Notes under the pieces: model-generated
The model's input: the letters and a program-made list of their open reading frames with translations, nothing else
Database searches by the model: none
Told to the model about the DNA's origin: nothing
Made by a program: the position numbers and the translations under genes
DNA from: Camelus dromedarius
Taxonomy: Eukaryota
Assembly: GCF_036321535.1 (NCBI RefSeq)
Contig: NC_087447.1
Location: forward strand, 47,060,001 to 47,124,000
Direction of reading: 5' to 3'
Length of the DNA: 64,000 bases
In this document: positions 49,040 to 61,300 of the stretch, in pieces
How the letters are laid out: the number at the start of each line of letters is the position of its first letter
Position numbering within the stretch: position 1 is the first letter of the stretch

Positions 49040-52000
49040 CTGTATGGAAACAAGCAGGAGTCCATTTGAAGGCAAGAAGGCAAAGGGAAGGGTTAAGGAG
49101 GAGAGCATCTCAAATATCTTCCAGGCTTTCAAACCATACCAAGACAAGTTCTCTCTCACTTTCATAATAGTTTTTTTCTGGGTCTTTGCCTCCTTTTCTG
49201 TCCACTCATCCCCCATGACTCCCTCATTCCTTACCTATTTAATAAACCCAAGTCATATCCCTGCCCTTCTGAATCTGTCTCAGAATGTCTTTTTAAGGTT
49301 TCTGCTGAGCCTGATTACCACATCATCCCCCCACCCATGCCCCCACCTCCCATCCATCCTACATTTCCTGAGGGCATCCTGTGTGTTCTGGGCACTGGAG
49401 CGGCTAGCTCTCTGTTCTCTAGGAGCACCCAAGTGGGCCAGGCCGACACAGGGAAAGTCAGTCACCATCAGTGAGGATCATGATGAGATGGAGGGGAGCA
49501 ACAGACACCCTGACAGCTCCACGGTGCCCTCAACCTTCCAAGTCTGCGTGGGCACAGGCCCCTTTGTTTTAGGTTACTTTTCTGCTCAACTAATAAATCT
49601 TTTCATTTATTTACATGTTTTCACTTCATTTAAGAGCTATCCACAATGTAGCCTGCAGCTCTTCTCTCTCCACCTAGGGGTGATTTCCTGGGAAGTGGCC
49701 CTTGGGGTGAGGCCCAACCATAATTAGCCTCAGAAGAGAACACCGTCTAGTGCGGGATGTGTGAGTTAACACAAGCCTTTTCATGAGGAATGCAGGGATT
49801 CAGGGCATTGTAAGGGCATTCAGAGGTGCCCTGTCTCTCCACCCAGACCAGGGTTCCCCATAGGCTCCCTGGGCTCCTCTCTTAAAGCACACGCACATGG
49901 AAGCACATGCTTCTGTCTCACAGACTGCACTCACTGACTATGCTTCTCCTGAGAGCTGAGGAGGAGGGGGCACCAAGGCTCTGAGATGGCAGTAGCTATG
50001 TCTGAAATCCAGGCCAAACTCTAGTTCGGCTGCTGGTCAGAAGTTCAGTCTGTGATGTATTCCAGTTTTTTCTGTCCTGTCACTCTGCACCTGAGATACA
50101 CAGCGGCAGAAAGAGCCCTGGGCTGGCAGTCAGGGGGCTAGGCTTCCAGCCCCAGTTCTCCACGGTCTGTGTGGCTTTGGTCAGGTTGCCTCCCCTTTTG
50201 GAGCTGCAGTTTCCTTCCTATGTACACAGGCCCTTATGTCCTCTCCCTGCCTCACCAGAGGCCTGAGGAAAGGAACTAACCCAAGAGGTGTGAAAGGCCA
50301 TGGACACATTCTTTAGGCCACGTGGGGGTGATCACTGCTCTCAGAACACATCGGGCATTAGCCAGCAAGCATTTTCAGAGGGCCCCAGGCAGTACAGCCA
50401 AGAAAAACACAGGCTTCAGGAAGGGTGGGAAGATCGACATGGGGAAGCTGGGAGTGTTGCCCAGAGGGAGCAATGGGCTGGAAGCATGAGATGGGGATCT
50501 GATGATAACAGCTGACGCTCACTGGGTGCTTGCTATGTGCCTGGCAATGTCCTAAGCAAGCTATAAAGGGCTTAGAACATGCATAAGTCTATGAGGTAAG
50601 AACTATTATCATCTCCACCTTACAGATGAGAAAATTGAGTCACAGATTAAAGTAAATTGCTCAGGGTCACTCCAGCTTGACAATCTGGCTCCAAGCCTGT
50701 GTTCTTAGCCACTATACTCTACTGCCTCATGTTTCTTGCTCCACCAACCAGCTGGGCTCTTCGCAGTCTTCATCTGAAGGGTTCTGAGCTTTGTGCCCAG
50801 AGCTCATGTCAATCGATGTCCTGAGATACAGGGATACAGACTCCAGTACTTACTTATGCTTACGTCAAATGACCCAGGTTCCTACCCTAGTCCTTCTACC
50901 AATTTGCTAATTAACTTTGAACAAGTCTTGGGGCTTGATTTTCTTGGCTGGAATAATTTTGGTTTCATATTATCTTATTTTAGGCAACAATACATTATGA
51001 CAATAATATCCAACGTATATTGATTGCTTACTATGGCCAACAATGGTGTTCAGCATTTTACATCATTCTCTCACTTAACCTTCACAATGATCCAATGAGA
51101 CAGGCACCATTATTGAACCCATTTTACAAATGAGAAAATTTATGCAAACAGAGACCTCAGCCAACTCCACAGAGTAGCTTAGAGGTGGAATCTGAACCCA
51201 GGTAGTTGGATCCAGATCCCTGCTCTTGATCCCTTCACGGTACTGCTGCTATGTCTTCAGTGTTCCACCACCCTACTTCAGGATGAGATCACAGAGCACC
51301 ATTAAGGTATTTTTCTCAGGGATTATTAACCCTAATAATGAAAGTTAACAAAGCTGCTCAATTTGGGAGAAACAGTAGAGGTTAATGAGAGAAAAAAAAT
51401 AAGCTCACAGGTCTGATGAAGAAATTATAAAAACATGCAAACAAGGCCTTGTGAGGCAGGCAGGTCTGGTGGTATTAGTGACTTTTACAAATGAGGAAAC
51501 TAAGGATCATAGAGCCAGAACTTGAATTCAAGTCACCGACTCGCAGGCCAGTGCTCATTTCATACAGTCATCCTTACTTTACACTTGGCCCTGTACATAA
51601 CACTTCGCTTACATCAGTCCTTGGGTCCTGGCGATGTCAGGTACCCTAGTTAGACAGTTTACAGCCCAGGACCCTCAGATTTTGAAGGCAGGTGCAAAAC
51701 ATGCCTGTTACATGGACAGAAAATGTCTAGGATAAACATATATTCTGTAATGAGTTGGCCCATATGGCTGGTGAAGGTGGAAGTTTTATAGAAGCACCAC
51801 CTATGATTTAAAAATAAAATACATGGGATGGTTATATTGAACTTTTCATGCCTCTTGTCTCTCTATGTGACATGGGGACAAATGGACAAGTTTACAATCT
51901 AGCCTCCTATTGCAGCTCAGAACAATGGTATTAAGAGAAGAGTTGAGAGACTGGATTCTGATTTTATTTCTTCCCCTAACAGGTGACCTTGGACCCTTAG

Positions 52001-53030
52001 TGGTTAGGGTCTCAGTTTTCTCATCTGAATAGCGGGTCTAATTTAGCATGCATGCTATTTTCCTTATAGGATCAAATAAGACAGTGGATGGGGTTATTGC
52101 TCTGGAGAGTACGAGGTAATGAACAAGGGATCAGGCACTTACTGGGTGCTAGAGCCTGAGCCAGCAGTGATTCACAGTATCTCACTTGATGCTCATGACA
52201 ACCTCAGACACAGGGCTGATTAGCTTTGCTCTGAGGCAAGACAGCTGGAACTTGGAGGGGTAAAGCAACCTGCCCAGGGCCAGCAGAAAGCAGAGCTGGA
52301 ACCTATGCCAAGAAATGGCTGCCTCCAGAGCCTTGATTGCCCAGCCCACTGCCTCCCAGTGGTGATGGTGTTACTTCTGTCTCCTGGGTGAGGCATGTAC
52401 TGAAGGACACCATCATCAGCTTTCAGGACACCTTGCACTGGTGGAAATCTGCCTCTTGCTTAGATGTTCCAACTGAAAAATGACTTGCATCATCAGTCTT
52501 TCATCAAGCCCTTTCTCCTTTCTACACCAGCAAGTCAGCAGATACTTTCCTTCTACTTCCACTGTGTATGAAGACATATTAAGACAGCTTGGATAAGGAG
52601 ATTATAATTTGTAATTAAATATTAACCTTTCTGACAATATTAAAATTAAACCACTCAGAATTCTTCATCCTTAATCAGGTGGTTCCTGCCTGTAACTGCA
52701 TCTTCCCTAATAGTCTTGCTAGTTTATGGCCCTTTCCAGAGTGCTAATTGTTTCAATCGCTGCCAACCTGATGAATTGTCTTAAAAATGCTATTTCGGTT
52801 GGAGCATATTAGTATGTCATGTGCTGTTTCCTGTCTGTCTGCCTATCGAGTGGGTCTGCTCTGCCTGTGGCTGAGGCAACTCACAGCTACTAGCAGAGTC
52901 AGGGAGGCTGAGGAGCCTTTGGCCAGTTATCAGGCAGAAGCGGGCCATGGAGGCAGCTCAGGAGGACACAGTCTAAGCTACCTTGTTTCTGTGGCTGCCA
53001 GGCACTCAGCAAGGTGGGAAAGGGGCAGCT

Positions 53031-53079
53031 TGGCCAGAGCAGGACAGGAGGTGGCCAGAGCAGGACAGGAGGTGGCCAG
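53031..53079. repeat. Tandem repeat, 21-bp unit x2.3
   Basis: TGGCCAGAGCAGGACAGGAGG twice, then TGGCCAG. Confidence 0.95.
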
Positions 53080-53996
53080 GGACTCTGTTGTTGGGGCAGT
53101 TTGGCTGGCAGAGGCCTGAGCAATTCCTCATTGCCTCAGCTGGGGAGGCCTTCCATAGAAATTTGGCAAGGGCATCCAGGGTCACAGGCAACTTGCAGTG
53201 CCTCCACACTGGGAAGGCAGGTAGGAAGAATATTCAGCTTCAGTTGAAATATTTCTGCAGTCTCTAAGGACTGCTCTGACATTTTCTCTGTACGAAAGCA
53301 TTTCCTGTCACCTTAGAAGGTAAAACTGAGCAGAGGCCTTGGAAAGCCAGAATCTGAACAAGACGATGGGAATGGCCCTCTTCTTTGGAGAATCCAGGCC
53401 TCCAAGTCATGGAGGAAAGGGGATGTGACCATCGCATAGCTTACGGCATAAAAAATCAAGTGTAAAAGCTCATGTAGGACAGAGAAAAGCAGTAAGACAT
53501 CCTCTGATTCCTACTTGTTTTCTCCTTCAGGCCCAAGACTCCTTCTAGCACAGCCTTGATGGCACTGGACAGTAATGATTTGTTTCTAAAGCTGTTTCCC
53601 TCTCCAGACTGAGCTCCTCAGAGCAGGGGGAGTGTCTTAATAAATGCTGTATTACCAGGATCTAGTACAATACCCAGTACAGAGTAGATGCTTGGAAACG
53701 TTGTATAAATGAACCTCACTGGGTTCTCCCGAGTGCCCCAAGAGCTAGGCAAGGCAAGGATTATCCTTCCTATTTCATAGACGAAGAAACTGAGGCACAA
53801 AGAAGTTGGATAATTTGCCCAAATTCCTGAAGCAATTGATGGTCAAGTTGGGGCTATAGCTGAGGCCTGCCTCCTGGGCCAGGGCCCATCTTTTTGATTG
53901 GTTATTGTCAGATGCAGGGAGCCTACAATTTTGGGGGCTAGCAGGAGTGGCAAGCTCTCCACTGCTTGCAGATCAGGCCTAGGTCCTAGCCCTTAC

Positions 53997-54052
53997 CTTT
54001 TTGGCATCTTTGTGCATATATTTGGCTGTCTGCTTGGCCAGTTCAGTTTTTC
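53997..54052 (-). CDS. CLPB: CLPB coding exon (second half of Walker A)
   Basis: ACTAG|(G)KTELAKQTAKYMHKDAKK|GTAAGG; 56 nt. Confidence 0.95.
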
Positions 54053-54548
54053 CTAGTAAGAAGGAAAGGAGAAGTGTTAGATTAGGACCGGATGACTATC
54101 TCTTGGAAAGAAGGAATATTAGAAATGTATGGATGCTGGAAATAATCTATGTTGTGGATGGCAATGCTGAGGCTCAGAGAGGGTCAGTGATTCTCCTAAC
54201 ATCACTAAGGGAATTAATGGTGAAGCTGGGACCAGAATCAAATGTGCTTTGCCTCTTGATTTTTCTGTGCGTGGGGACTGAGGCTTTTTCTCTACAGCAG
54301 TGTCCTAAGACTGGGAGGTGACACTTATAATCCAGAGTCATCTTGTCCTTTGAAGCCCAGCACAAATCTTGCCTCTCCTAGGAGCACCCTGACTTTCTGG
54401 CTCACTTCACTGTATCCCTCTAGAGACTCATGGTCTTGCCATCCTGCTAGGCCCTGGAGTTACAGGCCAACCAGAAGCTGGGAGAGCATAAAGAGTACCT
54501 CTCCTTGGCTTCACAGCTTTTCTCTGTAACATAAAGAAGGAACAACAA

Positions 54549-54600
54549 TACCACCTTGCTGTCTCTGAAGGGCCTACCACCTTGCTGTCTCTGAAGGGCC
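54549..54600. repeat. Perfect 26-bp tandem duplication
   Basis: TACCACCTTGCTGTCTCTGAAGGGCC twice. Confidence 0.95.
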
Positions 54601-55306
54601 ATTTGGTATGATGGTCAAGACTTTGGAAGTCATTTTCTAGTATGGGTCAAGTTCCATGGTATCATGTGAGGTTATGGTAACCCTTTGGGCCCTCCATCTG
54701 GGGGGCGGGGAGGCTAGGCCCATGAAGATGCTGAGAGAAGAGGAGGTAATAGATGCATGAAATTCCCATCATGACAATGGGAGGTGGTGGTGGAGGTAGG
54801 GGAGGGAGGTCTGTGAGAGCGGAGAGTGAGGGCGTGAGAATGCCTCAGATAATCCAACCCAACTGGCTAGAAAACACCCAACCCATTTCACTGCAACTAG
54901 TTTTGCTATGCACTTAGCATGTGCTGGCCATCAGGGGCTTTCTTTAGCTTCCTAGAGGGTTATGTTCCAAGCCACACTAAATAAGGTTGGTATGCTGGGC
55001 AGTGGAGGTGGTTCAATTGTTCCTAAAGAGCAGCCTCTGGGGATGCAGAGTGGCTGGACCAGGACTAACACGACCTGAAGGCCCTGGCCCTCCAGGCGAA
55101 TTAGGCCCTGTACCACAGCTTCCAGAGGGAAGGGCATAATTCCAGCTGTTCCTAATGTGACAGATGATCCTCCTGCTGGTTCTGTAATTTGGAGGCAGTT
55201 GTTTTGGGAACTAAAGTTGAAGTAGAGGTGGGTCATGTGACCCTGGTGCATAGCAGCTGGGGCTCCCCAGCTCTCCTTCCCCACAGGCTGATCTACTCCC
55301 AGTTAC

Positions 55307-55384
55307 CTATTCCAGATGATCCCAAGAAGAGGAAGACCAGAGGGTGTTCTTCATCGTACCAGCCATTCTCCTTCCTCCGGATCG
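55307..55384 (-). CDS. CLPB: CLPB coding exon (first half of Walker A); upstream exons lie beyond the window
   Basis: CGTAG|(A)[31 protein letters not shown]; 78 nt; joins the next exon to give GSSGIGKT. Confidence 0.95.
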   Translation of the reverse strand, partial: RSGGRRMAGTMKNTLWSSSSWDHLE

Positions 55385-58300
55385 CTACGGCCAAACACAT
55401 AAGATGGGAGGATGGGGAGGGAGGCAGATAAATCAATGACACAAAAGGCAGGATAATTATCACTAAGTATACAATATGTTTTACTGCTCTGCGCCCACTC
55501 AAAGTCCTCACTACCATTAGTGCTGCCTAATCTGATTAGCTGGCAAGGCCCCTAGAGACACCTAATCAGGTTAGCATGGATTTGGAAAGCTGCCCAGAGC
55601 AGATTTCGGATAAAGTTTTCCAGGATGAGCACTCAGCGTTGCCAAGGAAACTGAAAGGCGGGTGGATGGTGAATGGAGGTAAGGGGGTGGGGGCTGGTGA
55701 AGGAGAACTGGAGCTCTCAGCTGGTAACCCATCTACTCATCACTGGTTGGGGGTTGAGCCAGCCTCTTATGCAAATGGGAGAGGCAGAAACCCATGGCAG
55801 ACCCTTGGGGACCTAGGGTGTAAGCTCTGAACTCTTTCCCATTTGGGGAAACCAAGGTCTGGTCTGTTATTTGGAAATACAGCCAAATGCACTTTCTGGA
55901 AGCCAATCAAAGGTAGTGTGGAGCTCAGGGCATGGAGGGGTGAGCCACTTAATTAGTACCTCTACCAACCATGGCCTCCACTGGGGGGCTGAGGTGCGGG
56001 GAGTGGGATAGATATGTACTAGGTTCCCTGGGGGCTCAGCTCTGTTAGTGAGAGCTGACTTCTCTTCAGGGGGAAGTATATAATCAAGGGCTCTGCATGT
56101 AAGGTGAGGAAATTAAGTGCCCAAGCACAGAGTGGGAGAATCAGGCTCAGAAGCATCACTCAAGTATAAGAGCAGGGAGCGCAATGAGGCAGAACTATGA
56201 GAAGAACCATTTATTAAACATGCTATCTGCTAGGCCCAATGGAAAAATTGCCAACATTTTATTACTCAAGACCTGCGTAGATACACTGAGTGGAAAATAT
56301 TCTCAACTCCATCATACTGAAGAGAGAAACTGAGACAAGAGACAAAGAGATTTGCCCAAGTCACACAACTAGGAGATTACCAGTTGACTGGTAGAGTGAC
56401 ATCTCTAAATCTGTCTTCTTTTTTGTCACATGTGGCTGCTTAAAAAAGTGAGTATCAATTTGGGCTGCATCAACGGAAACATGATTGTCAGAAGCAGGAA
56501 GGGGACTGTGCAATGTCAAGGTTGGTCTGTAGATGGAACAGCATGTATAGTTTAGTCCCCAGAGTGTTGAGATCAGCAAAGGGACAGATGTCAGAGGACA
56601 AGGCCTGGAAACCAAGTCAACGGGGGAAGAATGGACAGTCTTAGGGATGTGTCTGCCAGCCTTGAGAACATCCTAAATGTTCTACTGTGTGGGATAATCT
56701 GTGTGGTTGGGTTTCAAAGAAGTGGCTGGAGAAGTTAGGGAAGGCTTTCAGAAGAAGTAGGACTGATGACAGATCACAGAGGCTGGGCGGGATCTTGGGG
56801 GCCAAAGGTGCCAGTGTGACAGAGGTGGAGAGACAGGAATGAACATGAATAGTAGTGGGTGGGATCAGATCACAGAGGACTCTGAATGCCTATTTTTGAA
56901 CTTCAGGTGCACATTGCGGTCCTTCTCACCTTAACTGCTAATGCTTCTACTTAAAATACTTTCTAGTTCTGGCCTTAGCAGAAACAGACAGAAACTGCAC
57001 AACCTCATGGACATCAAACTAGCCACTCTGCCTGCCTGGGAGATATTCTCTGAGACTCCTGAGAAAGGCCTGAAAAAAACCTCAGTCTAACTTCTCCCTT
57101 GGGCTATGTCTCAGATCATCTCTACATTGACTGGCTTGATCCTTTGGAAGGCTTGGCCATGAGGGGAATCCACAGGCCTCACAGGTACATGAAGGCCGGA
57201 GATGAAGAGGGAGAATCCCAAGCCTGGCTGAGAGGGAGTCCTCAGTGTCCTGACAGAAAGATGAACCTGTGGGTGGGAGTGTTTGGGGAGGTGGAGGTAT
57301 TATAAAATGTCAAAGGCTAGACTTTTGTGAATGGTAAGTGCAGACGTGTGTTGAGGTGAGGGTGAGTGGGAAGTCATCTGAAAGGAGTCACATTCTTCCA
57401 AAAGTTGGCTAAGTTGAGAATCTAGGTTGGAAAGAAGCTGAACATAAACTGGGTTCAGGCTTCATGGGTCTATCTGGTGAGGCAGAAGTGCCCACGCATC
57501 CATCAGGCAGGTAGCCTGGGCGAACAGGTGTCATAAACCTGAGGTTCTGATCTTGACTTCTCTTTCAGGAAGCTTCCCAGCCCACTGAGAGCTGTGGGCT
57601 GCTGGGTTATATAGTTCAAAAACACCATGGAGAATGTGGAATTGGATTACGCCTGGGGTCATCTTTTCCCTCTTCTTTTCTAACAATGCACCTGGGAATG
57701 AGCTCTTTATAATGCCAGGCAGACTCCATTGCACAGCTGTCCCTGGTTAATTCTGCCAAACCCAGGGCAAGAGTCTGGGGTGGGCTTGATCTGGGCCCCC
57801 GTGAAACAGGCGAAATGCCAACCATTAAACAATTACAACTCTGGATATTTCTAATAATATCTGAAGAGAAAAACGGCCAAGCAGATGGTGTTCGACAGAA
57901 TGAAAAATGGAAGCAGCTAGAAAGGACTGGGGAAGGTGGGCCCCCAGGGTGTTTGGTTGGCAGGGTGGCTGAGGACCAAGGCTGGGGCAGAGGCTGGGAC
58001 AGACAGAGACCTGGATGGGCCCATCTGGGATGTGGCCACAGGTACTGGTGCTCTCACTGTGTACAAGCAAATGCTGCAACTTACTCTGCAAGCACTTTAG
58101 AGTCTATCAAAGAACTTCTGTAGACAACTTCATTTGAGGTTGGTTATAAACCTATAAGGCAGGGAGGGCTGGGAATGTGATTCCCATTTTACAGGTGAGG
58201 AAATGTATATAAGGAAGGTGACCTGTTCGAGGTTACAGAGGTAAATAAATGAACCTGGGCTTCACCCCTGGCTCTGGCTACCTCTTGAGCCTGAACTGGC

Positions 58301-61300
58301 ACTTCAGTTTAGAGAAAGGAGCTGGCTCTCCCCTGCCACAGCATCTCTTACTCCCTTATGGCACCTGGAAAGGTGCTCAAATGAACCTTTGAATACAAAT
58401 GAATACACCCCTCTGCAGTCTTCCCCCTGGCTCACTCATCCATTCCTCAGCTCCTGCCTATCTCCTGACCATGGCTCTATGGGCTCAAGATGTTGTCAGG
58501 ATCCCTTGAGAAGGCAGCTCAGCCCCTTCCATGGCCAGTCCCATCTCTAAAAGCTCCAACAGGCTTGGCAGCCTCCCCACATGCTAGGCCACGCAAGGGC
58601 TCCCTTGTTATGTTCCCAGAACACCTTCTCCCTGCCATGTTGACCACTACTGGACCATCTTAAATCTCACCTGTAACAATTCTTTTCTAGTAGCTCTACC
58701 ACATCACATCTGCCCCATCAGCTCCCAGTATAGTAGAGAGGGTAGGAGTTACAGGATCTAGTTTGGAGTCCTGACTCTGTCACTAATTAGTTGACTGACT
58801 TTGAGTAAAATACTTACTCCTTTAGAGGCTTGGTTTCTTCATCTTTAAAATGGTAATAGTCATACATGCTCAGTCAGCCCCATATGAAGATTAAAATGAA
58901 TTAATAGTTATGAAAGTATTTTGTTAGTTGCAAAGACTGGAATAATAACAAGAATAAAAGTAATGGTAGTCATAGCAGCAGTAGTGGCAGCAGCCATTAG
59001 CTTTGGTATTTCACAGATCTCTCTTTCATCTTTACAGTAGTTTGGAGAAGCAGGCATTATCTCCATTTTACAGAGGAAGAGACTGGAGCTCAGAGAGGGG
59101 CAGTGTGACAGGTTTCATCCACCAGTGCCCTTGTATCTGGGGGAGAGTGTGCCCTAATCTGACTGTATATTCTGTAGGTGCAGGTGCTAAGTGTTCTATT
59201 TCCTGAGGGGCCCTTGCCCAACACTAGTACAATGCTTGCTGACTAGATGAATTAATTCTTGGTCTTTCTGGAATCACAAGGGGGAAAGAACAGATACTTC
59301 AAATCCCATTTTATAGGAAAGAGTGAGGCCTGGTCGCAAGAGTCTCTAATGGCTCCAAGTGGTTTCTACTACCTTGGGTGAATAAGGCTTCCACTCCCAT
59401 CTTAACCTTATCCATTTGTTCAGCAAGTAAGTTCTATGTTGGGTGTTGGGGTACCTACAAAGAAGCCTAAACCAAGGTTTGTGCCTTTCAGGTGAATGCT
59501 GTAATGAAAACTGTGGGTTCCAAGTGGGATGGGAGCACTGGGAGGAGTGTGGGAAGAGCCATTTGTGACTGTGACTTGTGCCTGAAGGATGAGGGGAGAT
59601 GGCCAGGCAGTCTGGGTATGATGGGACATTCCAGAAGGAAAGCCCCAGTGCACGTAAAACCAAAGTGAGACAAAAGAACGGTCTCCTCTTCCCATGCAGG
59701 CTTTTGCCTCTGTCTAGCTGATTCTAGGTTCTGTGGCAGTCTGGGTAGGCTGACTCATCCTTCCTGATAAGTTCTAGTGATCTAGTGTGGGAGATTTTTC
59801 TAACCTAACCTGGCATGGAACATGTTTGTTTCATGCTCGTAGCATCTTCCAGGGGAACCTGTCCTTCAGAGGGACTCTGATATTGGACTCACCTAAATGT
59901 CTATTTGCAATTTCCTGTCTAAGCATATAGGTTCATAAAGCACAGGCAGTGCTCAAGGAGTGCCTGCTGACTGAGTGGTACTGGTGCCTCAGATCTGATG
60001 ATGAGATGATGAGAGAAGAGTTCTCTTCTTAGTCTGTAAATTAGTCTTTCTGAGGGTCAACTATTGCTACCAAGGGGTAAGTATTAAAAATGCAAAGAAG
60101 AGCTTCTGTTGAGCCCACCCATTGTGTGCATGTTGTGCATGCTGTGGGGTACAGATCACTGGAGGGAAGAGAGACACCCTTCCAGAAAGAAGCTGAGATC
60201 AGATTCTGTGCTGAGGAAAGGCAGAATGTCAAGATGGGCTTGGACTTGGTTCATCTGAGCTCAGTTGAGTTCAACAACCTTTTGCACACCTGTGTGCCAA
60301 CCCTGGGGAAACAGAGCTGAATGATAAGTAATTCCTGACCTCTGGAGGGAGAGAGACATACAAACAGATGCCGTGTGCTAAGTGCAGTGATAAAAGGTGT
60401 CCACAGGAAGCCCAGAGTGTTGAGGGTCCAGGAAGACGAGTGGAAGGGCAGGGCAGTCCAGGCACCAAGAAGAGCAAGGGCACAGGAGCGACACCTGAAG
60501 TGGTGAGGTGGGGAGGTGGAACTGTAAGCAGTTTTCTAAATTAATCACTGCCACGCCACAACTCAAGGATGACCTGGATATATTTCTCAGATCAGAAACA
60601 GGACTTCCACAGGAAAGTCCAGAAAGGTGCAGTGCTTGGAAAGATTACACTTTTGGATTAGTCAAAGAGGTAAGTAGAGCATGGGATAGGATGGTGCACC
60701 CACTGTACGCCACATGGCTGATGCCGAGATTCTGTATCTGGGCTAGACTCTGGCTTGGAGGAGCAGTCAAGGTGGTAGAGCTTCCCAGGGGAGTTCATGG
60801 GCTTCAGAGTCAACTGGGACTAGATGTAATGGGTTCTGAGGACAGGCCCTGGTCAGAGGGAGCCGCAGGGAAGCCACCAGGTGTGCAGGCTGACTGGCTG
60901 CCTAGAGGAGCCTTCTTGGAGCAGATCTGGGGAATGGCCTGTCCACCCAAGAAGTCAAAAGTTGAGTAGTATAGGTGTTGTAATTAACTATTTCTCCATA
61001 GTCACATTCCTAATATGCTTGCAAACAACTAGAAAGCAGGCTTACAGCTTCTCTTCTTTCCTCAAAGCACATCAGAGAGATGGACAAAGGGCCATGCCAA
61101 AGTAATTACCTTGACAGACCGCACTAAGTACCTACTTCGAGCAGAATACTATGCCAGGAATTGAGGGAAACAAAAATGATTCAGTTATGGTCTCTGCCCT
61201 TGGGAGTCCTCAGTCTCTTACTCCTGAACTGAGTTAGGCTAAGTAAAAACCAGCCAGAGTGTGGGAGATGGGCAGGGCTAAGGTGGGGAAAGGGCCAGAA

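Noticed and set aside
48951..49727. 258-aa + strand ORF antisense to a CLPB exon
   Set aside because: No recognisable motif, composition typical of intronic DNA, runs through an L2-like remnant; chance ORF unless expression data say otherwise
53031..54600. CRISPR-like array from the short direct repeats
   Set aside because: Only two adjacent copies each, no spacers, eukaryotic context
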